DNA of 64,000 bases, taken from the NCBI GenBank assembly GCA_964016885.1, contig OZ024741.1, positions 249,240,001 to 249,304,000 of the forward strand, given 5' to 3'. The stretch is from Eledone cirrhosa (taxonomy: Eukaryota). The position numbers and the translations under genes were made by a program. The notes under the pieces were generated by a model. The model worked only from the letters and a program-made list of their open reading frames with translations, had not been told where the DNA came from and made no database searches. Positions 56,101 to 64,000 of this stretch are shown here, in pieces. Every line of letters starts with the position of its first letter. Position 1 is the stretch's first letter.

Positions 56101-59100
56101 ATTTGTAAAAAAAAATCAGGGGGAGATAATTTGTAAAAAAAAATCAGGGGGAGATAATTTGTAAAAAAAAAATCAGGCGGAGATAATTTGTAAAAAAATC
56201 AAGGGGAGATAATTTCCAGCCGTCCAAGGGGAGATAATTTTCAGCCGTCCAAGGAGAGGTAATTTCTAGCCGTCCAAGGGGAGATAATTTCCAGCCGTCC
56301 AAGGGGAGATAATTTTTTTAAAATAATCAGGCGGAGATAATTTGTAAACAAAAATCAGGGGGAGATAATTTGTAAAAAAAAATCAGGGGGAGATAATTTG
56401 TAAAAAAAATCAGGGGGAGATAATTTGTAAAAAAAATCAAGGGGAGATAATTTGTAAAAAAAAATCAGGGGTAGATAATTTGTAAAAAAAAATCAGGGGG
56501 AGATAATTTGTAAAAAAAAAATCAGGGGGAGATAATTTGTAAAAAAATCAAGGGGAGATAATTTCCAGCCGTCCAAGGGGAGATAATTTTAAGCCGTCCA
56601 AGGAGAGGTAATTTCTAGCCGTCCAAGGGGAGATAATTTCCAGCCAGCCAAGGGGAGATAATTTGTAAAAAAATCAGGGGTAGATAATTTGTAAAAAAAA
56701 ATCAGGGGGAGATAATTTGTAAAAAAAATCAGGGGGAGATAATTTGTAAAAAAAATCAGGGGTAGATAATTTCCAGCCGTCCAAGGGGAGATAATTTCCA
56801 TCCTTCCAAGGGGAGATAATTTCCAGCCGTCCAAGGGGAGATAATTTCCCGCCAGCCAAGGAGAGATAACATTTAAAAAAATCAGGCGGAGATAATTTGT
56901 AAAAAAAATCAGGGGGAGATAATTTGTAAAAAAATCAGGGGGAGATAATTTGTAAAAAAAATCAGGGGTAGATAATTTCCAGCCGTCCAAGGGGAGATAA
57001 TTTCCATCCTTCCAAGGGGAGATAATTTCCAGCCGTCCAAGGGGAGATAATTTCCCGCCAGCCAAGGAGAGATAATATTTAAAAAAATCAGGCGGAGATA
57101 ATTTGTAAAAAAAATCAGGGGGAGATAATTTGTAAAAAAATCAGGGGGAGATAATTTGTAAAAAAAAATCAGGGGGAGATAATTTGTAAAAAAAATCAGG
57201 GGGAGATAATTTGTAAAAAAAAATCAGGGGTAGATAATTTGTAAAAAAAAATCAGGGGGAGATAATTTGTAAAAAAAAATCAGGGGGAGATAATTTGTAA
57301 AAAAATCAAGGGGAGATAATTTCCAGCCGTCCAAGGGGAGATAATTTTCAGCCGTCCAAGGAGAGGTAATTTCTAGCCGTCCAAGGGGAGATAATTTCCA
57401 GCCGTCCAAGGGGAGATAATTTTTTTAAAAAAATCAGGCGGAGATAATTTGTAAACAAAAATCAGGGGGAGATAATTTGTAAAAAAAAATCAGGGGGAGA
57501 TAATTTGTAAAAAATAATCAGGGGGAGATAATTTGTAAAAAAAATCAAGGGGAGATAATTTCCAGCCGTCCAAGGGGAGGTAATATCTAGCCATCCAAGG
57601 GGAGATAATTTCCAGCCGTCCAAGGGGAGATAATTTCCAGCCGTCCAAGGGGAGATAATATCCAGCCGTCCAAGGAGACATATTTTCCAGCCGTCCAAGG
57701 AGAGGTAATTTCTAGCCGTCCAAGGGGAGATAAGTTCCAGCCTCCAAGGGGAGATAATTTCCAGCCAGCCAAGGGGAGATAATTTGTAAAAAAATCAGGG
57801 GGAGATAATTTGTAAAAAAAAAATCAGGGGGAGATAATTTGTAAAAAAATCAGGGGGAGATAATTTGTAAAAAAAAATCAGGGGGAGATAATTTGTAAAA
57901 AAAATCAGGGGGAGATAATTTGTAAAAAAAATCAGGGGTAGATAATTTGTAAAAAAAATCAGGGGGAGATAATTTGTAAAAAAAATCAGGGGGAGATAAT
58001 TTGTAAAAAAAATCAGGGGTAGATAATTTTCAGCCGTCCAAGGGGAGATAATTTCCATCCTTCCAAGGGGAGATAATTTCCAGCCGTCCAAGGGGAGATA
58101 ATTTCCCGCCAGCCAAGGAGAGATAACATTTAAAAAAATCAGGCGGAGATAATTTGTAAAAAAAATCAGGGGGAGATAATTTGTAAAAAAATCAGGGGGA
58201 GATAATTTGTAAAAAAAATCAGGGGTAGATAATTTCCAGCCGTCCAAGGGGAGATAATTTCCATCCTTCCAAGGGGAGATAATTTCCAGCCGTCCAAGGG
58301 GAGATAATTTCCCGCCAGCCAAGGAGAGATAATATTTAAAAAAATCAGGCGGAGATAATTTGTAAAAAAAATCAGGGGGAGATAATTTGTAAAAAAATCA
58401 GGGGGAGATAATTTGTAAAAAAAAATCAGGGGGAGATAATTTGTAAAAAAAATCAGGGGGAGATAATTTGTAAAAAAAAATCAGGGGTAGATAATTTGTA
58501 AAAAAAAATCAGAGGGAGATAATTTGTAAAAAAATCAAGGGGAGATAATTTCCAGCCGTCCAAGGGGAGATAATTTTCAGCCGTCCAAGGAGAGGTAATT
58601 TCTAGCCGTCCAAGGGGAGATAATTTCCAGCCGTCCAAGGGGAGATAATTTTTTAAAAAAATCAGGGGGAGATAATTTGTAAACAAAAATCAGGTGGAGA
58701 TAATTTGTAAAAAAAAATCAGGGGGAGATAATTTGTAAAAAAAATCAAGGGGAGATAATTTCCAGCCGTCCAAGGGGAGGTAATATCTAGCCATCCAAGG
58801 GGAGATAATTTCCAGCCGTCCAAGGGGAGATAATTTCCAGCCGTCCAAGGGGAGATAATATCCAGCCGTCCAAGGAGACATATTTTCCAGCCGTCCAAGG
58901 AGACGTAATTTCTAGCCGTCCAAGGGGAGATAAGTTCCAGCCTCCAAGGGGAGATAATTTCCAGCCAGCCAAGGGGAGATAATTTGTAAAAAAATTAGGG
59001 GGAGATAATTTGTAAAAAAAAATTAGGGGGAGATAATTTGTAAAAAAAAATCAGGGGGAGATAATTTGTAAAAAAAAATCAGGGGGAGATAATTTGTAAA

Positions 59101-62100
59101 AAAAATCAAGGGGAGATAATTTCCAGCCGTCCAAGGGGAGATAATTTTCAGCCGTCCAAGGAGAGGTAAATTCTAGCCGTCCAAGGAGATATAATTTCCA
59201 GCCGTCCAAGGGGAGATAATTTCCAGCCGTCCAAGGGGAGATAATTTTTTAAAAAAAATCAGGCGGAGATAATTTGTAAACAAAAATCAGGGGGAGATAA
59301 TTTTTAAAAAAAAATCAGGGGGAGATAATTTGTAAAAAAAAATCAGGGGGAGATAATTTGTAAAAAAAATCAAGGGGAGATAATTTCCAGCCGTCCAAGG
59401 GGAGGTAATATCTAGCCATCCAAGGGGAGATAATTTCCAGCCGTCCAAGGGGAGATAATTTCCAGCCGTCCAAGGGGAGATAATATCCAGCCGTCCAAGG
59501 AGACATATTTTCCAGCCGTCCAAGGAGAGGTAATTTCTAGCCGTCCAAGGGGAGATAAGTTCCAGCCTCCAAGGGGAGATAATTTCCAGCCAGCCAAGGG
59601 GAGATAATTTGTAAAAAAATCAGGGGGGAGATAATTTGTAAAAAAAATCAGGGGGAGATAATTTGAAAAAAAAATCAGGGGGAGATAATTTGTAAAAAAT
59701 ATCAAGGGGAGATAATTTCCAGCCCTCCAAGGGGCTATAATTTCCAGCCGTGCAAGGGGAGATAATTTCCAGCCGTCCAAGGGGAGATAATTTCCATCCT
59801 TCCAAGGGGAGATAATTTCCAGCCGTCCAAGGGGAGATAATTTCCCGCCAGCCAAGGGAAGATAATTTTTTAAAAAATCAGGCGGAGATTGTAAAAAAAA
59901 TCAGGGGGAGATAATTTGTAAAAAAAATCAGGGGGAGATAATTTGTAAAAAAAATCAGGGGGAGATAATTTGTAAAAAAAATCAGGGGTAGATAATTTTC
60001 AGCCGTCCAAGGGGAGATAATTTCCATCCTTCCAAGGGGAGATAATTTCCAGCCGTCCAAGGGGAGATAATTTCCCGCCAGCCAAGGAGAGATAACATTT
60101 AAAAAAATCAGGCGGAGATAATTTGTAAAAAAAATCAGGGGGAGATAATTTGTAAAAAAATCAGGGGGAGATAATTTGTAAAAAAAATCAGGGGTAGATA
60201 ATTTCCAGCCGTCCAAGGGGAGATAATTTCCATCCTTCCAAGGGGAGATAATTTCCAGCCGTCCAAGGGGAGATAATTTCCCGCCAGCCAAGGAGAGATA
60301 ATATTTAAAAAAATCAGGCGGAGATAATTTGTAAAAAAAATCAGGGGGAGATAATTTGTAAAAAAATCAGGGGGAGATAATTTGTAAAAAAAAATCAGGG
60401 GGAGATAATTTGTAAAAAAAATCAGGGGGAGATAATTTGTAAAAAAAAATCAGGGGTAGATAATTTGTAAAAAAAAATCAGGGGGAGATAATTTGTAAAA
60501 AAAAAATCAGGGGGAGATAATTTGTAAAAAAATCAAGGGGAGATAATTTCCAGCCGTCCAAGGGGAGATAATTTTCAGCCGTCCAAGGAGAGGTAATTTC
60601 TAGCCGTCCAAGGGGAGATAATTTCCAGCCGTCCAAGGGGAGATAATTTTTTTAAAAAAATCAGGCGGAGATAATTTGTAAACAAAAATCAGGGGGAGAT
60701 AATTTGTAAAAAAAAATCAGGGGGAGATAATTTGTAAAAAAAATCAAGGGGAGATAATTTCCAGCCGTCCAAGGGGAGGTAATATCTAGCCATCCAAGGG
60801 GAGATAATTTCCAGCCGTCCAAGGGGAGATAATTTCCAGCCGTCCAAGGGGAGATAATATCCAGCCGTCCAAGGAGACATATTTTCCAGCCGTCCAAGGA
60901 GACGTAATTTCTAGCCGTCCAAGGGGAGATAAGTTCCAGCCTCCAAGGGGAGATAATTTCCAGCCAGCCAAGGGGAGATAATTTGTAAAAAAATTAGGGG
61001 GAGATAATTTGTAAAAAAAAATTAGGGGGAGATAATTTGTAAAAAAAAATCAGGGGGAGATAATTTGTAAAAAAAAATCAGGGGGAGATAATTTGTAAAA
61101 AAAATCAAGGGGAGATAATTTCCAGCCGTCCAAGGGGAGATAATTTTCAGCCGTCCAAGGAGAGGTAAATTCTAGCCGTCCAAGGAGATATAATTTCCAG
61201 CCGTCCAAGGGGAGATAATTTCCAGCCAGCCAAGGGGAGATAATTTGTAAAAAAATCAGGGGGAGATAATTTGTAAAAAAAAAATCAGGGGGAGATAATT
61301 TGTAAAAAAATCAGGGGGAGATAATTTGTAAAAAAAAAATCAGGGGGAGATAATTTGTAAAAAAAATCAGGGGTAGATAATTTGTAAAAAAAATCAGGGG
61401 TAGATAATTTGTAAAAAAAATCAGGGGGAGATAATTTGTAAAAAAAATCAGGGGGAGATAATTTGTAAAAAAAATCAGGGGTAGATAATTTTCAGCCCTC
61501 CAAGGGGAGATAATTTCCATCCTTCCAAGGGGAGATAATTTCCAGCCGTCCAAGGGGAGATAATTTCCCGCCAGCCAAGGAGAGATAACATTTAAAAAAA
61601 TCAGGCGGAGATAATTTGTAAAAAAAATCAGGGGGAGATAATTTGTAAAAAAATCAGGGGGAGATAATTTGTAAAAAAAATCAGGGGTAGATAATTTCCA
61701 GCCGTCCAAGGGGAGATAATTTCCATCCTTCCAAGGGGAGATAATTTCCAGCCGTCCAAGGGGAGATAATTTCCCGCCAGCCAAGGAGAGATAATATTTA
61801 AAAAAATCAGGCGGAGATAATTTGTAAAAAAAAATCAGGGGGAGATAATTTGTAAAAAAATCAGGGGGAGATAATTTGTAAAAAAAAATCAGGGGGAGAT
61901 AATTTGTAAAAAAAATCAGGGGGAGATAATTTGTAAAAAAAAATCAGGGGTAGATAATTTGTAAAAAAAAATCAGGGGGAGATAATTTGTAAAAAAAAAT
62001 CAGGGGGAGATAATTTGTAAAAAAATCAAGGGGAGATAATTTCCAGCCGTCCAAGGGGAGATAATTTTCAGCCGTCCAAGGAGAGGTAATTTCTAGCCGT

Positions 62101-64000
62101 CCAAGGGGAGATAATTTCCAGCCGTCCAAGGGGAGATAATTTTTTTAAAAAAATCAGGCGGAGATAATTTGTAAACAAAAATCAGGGGGAGATAATTTGT
62201 AAAAAAAAATCAGGGGGAGATAATTTGTAAAAAAAAATCAGGGGGAGATAATTTGTAAAAAAAATCAAGGGGAGATAATTTCCAGCCGTCCAAGGGGAGG
62301 TAATATCTAGCCATCCAAGGGGAGATAATTTCCAGCCGTCCAAGGGGAGATAATTTCCAGCCGTCCAAGGGGAGATAATATCCAGCCGTCCAAGGAGACA
62401 TATTTTCCAGCCGTCCAAGGAGAGGTAATTTCTAGCCGTCCAAGGGGAGATAAGTTCCAGCCTCCAAGGGGAGATAATTTCCAGCCAGCCAAGGGGAGAT
62501 AATTTGTAAAAAAATCAGGGGGAGATAATTTGTAAAAAAAAATCAGGGGGAGATAATTTGTAAAAAAATCAGGGGGAGATAATTTGTAAAAAAAAATCAG
62601 GGGGAGATAATTTGTAAAAAAAATCAGGGGGAGATAATTTGTAAAAAAAATCAGGGGTAGATAATTTGTAAAAAAAATCAGGGGGAGATAATTTGTAAAA
62701 AAAATCAGGGGGAGATAATTTGTAAAAAAAATCAGGGGTAGATAATTTTCAGCCGTCCAAGGGGAGATAATTTCCATCCTTCCAAGGGGAGATAATTTCC
62801 AGCCGTCCAAGGGGAGATAATTTCCCGCCAGCCAAGGAGAGATAACATTTAAAAAAATCAGGCGGAGATAATTTGTAAAAAAAATCAGGGGGAGATAATT
62901 TGTAAAAAAATCAGGGGGAGATAATTTGTAAAAAAAATCAGGGGTAGATAATTTCCAGCCGTCCAAGGGGAGATAATTTCCATCCTTCCAAGGGGAGATA
63001 ATTTCCAGCCGTCCAAGGGGAGATAATTTCCCGCCAGCCAAGGAGAGATAACATTTAAAAAAATCAGGCGGAGATAATTTGTAAAAAAATCAGGGGGAGA
63101 TAATTTGTAAAAAAATCAGGGGGAGATAATTTGTAAAAAAAAATCAGGGGGAGATAATTTGTAAAAAAAATCAGGGGGAGATAATTTGTAAAAAAAAATC
63201 AGGGGTAGATAATTTGTAAAAAAAAATCAGGGGGAGATAATTTGTAAAAAAATCAAGGGGAGATAATTTCCAGCCGTCCAAGGGGAGATAATTTTCAGCC
63301 GTCCAAGGAGAGGTAATTTCTAGCCGTCCAAGGGGAGATAATTTCCAGCCGTCCAAGGGGAGATAATTTTTTAAAAAAATCAGGCGGAGATAATTTGTAA
63401 ACAAAAATCAGGGGGAGATAATTTGTAAAAAAAAATCAGGGGGAGATAATTTGTAAAAAAAAATCAGGGGGAGATAATTTGTAAAAAAAATCAAGGGGAG
63501 ATAATTTCCAGCCGTCCAAGGGGAGGTAATATCTAGCCATCCAAGGGGAGATAATTTCCAGCCGTCCAAGGGGAGATAATTTCCAGCCGTCCAAGGGGAG
63601 ATAATATCCAGCCGTCCAAGGAGACATATTTTCCAGCCGTCCAAGGAGACGTAATTTCTAGCCGTCCAAGGGGAGATAAGTTCCAGCCTCCAAGGGGAGA
63701 TAATTTCCAGCCAGCCAAGGGGAGATAATTTGTAAAAAAATTAGGGGGAGATAATTTGTAAAAAAAAATTAGGGGGAGATAATTTGTAAAAAAAAATCAG
63801 GGGGAGATAATTTGTAAAAAAAAATCAGGGGGAGATAATTTGTAAAAAAAATCAAGGGGAGATAATTTCCAGCCGTCCAAGGGGAGATAATTTTCAGCCG
63901 TCCAAGGAGAGGTAAATTCTAGCCGTCCAAGGAGATATAATTTCCAGCCGTCCAAGGGGAGATAATTTCCAGCCGTCCAAGGGGAGATAATTTTTAAAAA

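Larger units (their letters stand above)
1..64000. repeat. Two-monomer composite satellite DNA array (25-bp type A and 26-29-bp type B, shared core GGGGAGATAATTT), single orientation, extending beyond both window edges
   Basis: The core (G4-5)AGATAATTT or a near variant recurs every 25-29 bp from base 1 to 64000. No non-repeat insertion or reverse-orientation copy was seen. Confidence 0.99.

Noticed and set aside
67-63718. The many minus-strand ORFs (61-244 aa) as real protein-coding genes
   Set aside because: They are translations of the two monomers in overlapping frames, most start at non-ATG codons, frames are switched freely by A-tract length, and there is no unique domain or sign of codon-level constraint.
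1-64000. CRISPR array (constant repeat plus spacers)
   Set aside because: The constant part is only 13 nt, the intervening 12-16 nt fall into two repetitive classes rather than unique spacers, and there is no leader or cas gene.
1-64000. Telomerase-synthesised long telomeric repeat (25-bp unit, G-rich strand, TCAGG/TTAGGG-like words)
   Set aside because: Variant monomers are inherited in fixed kb-scale order and in nested duplications, which points to recombination or duplication rather than templated addition. A subtelomeric location cannot be excluded.
1-64000. Canonical G-quadruplex array from the G4-G5 runs
   Set aside because: Loops between G runs are about 21-24 nt, far longer than in typical stable G-quadruplex motifs.
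1-64000. Pure sequencing or assembly artefact (concatemer or collapsed repeat)
   Set aside because: Hierarchically shared SNPs, reproducible homopolymer lengths and private variants look like real evolutionary history. Individual duplications still need read support.
1-64000. Transposon, rRNA, tRNA or other embedded element
   Set aside because: No non-satellite sequence, terminal inverted repeats, target-site duplications or recognisable RNA gene motifs were seen anywhere in the window.

Overview
The whole 64 kb window is one uninterrupted, head-to-tail satellite array with no unique sequence, no inversion and no credible gene. It holds roughly 2,400-2,500 monomers (64,000/~26) of two interspersed types that share a 13-nt core, GGGGAGATAATTT. 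Type A is 25 bp (GGGGAGATAATTTCCAGCCGTCCAA). Type B is 26-29 bp (GGGGGAGATAATTTGT-A7..10-TCA). Runs of A monomers form five recurring modules (here named P, Q, R, S, T) separated by runs of B monomers, and they follow a strict order with boundary-specific variant monomers. Above this sit a ~4.75 kb higher-order repeat, local tandem duplications (727, ~1,338, 4,066 and 4,706/7 bp) and an ~18.26 kb tandem segmental duplication; shared variants allow several of these events to be put in order. All ORFs in the track are minus-strand by-products of the repeat. The source is probably eukaryotic heterochromatin (centromeric, pericentromeric or subtelomeric), but neither the organism nor the function can be determined from this window. 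I see no protein-coding system here; the interest lies in the array's architecture and mutation pattern. Counts and coordinates were read by eye and from the ORF-track offsets.
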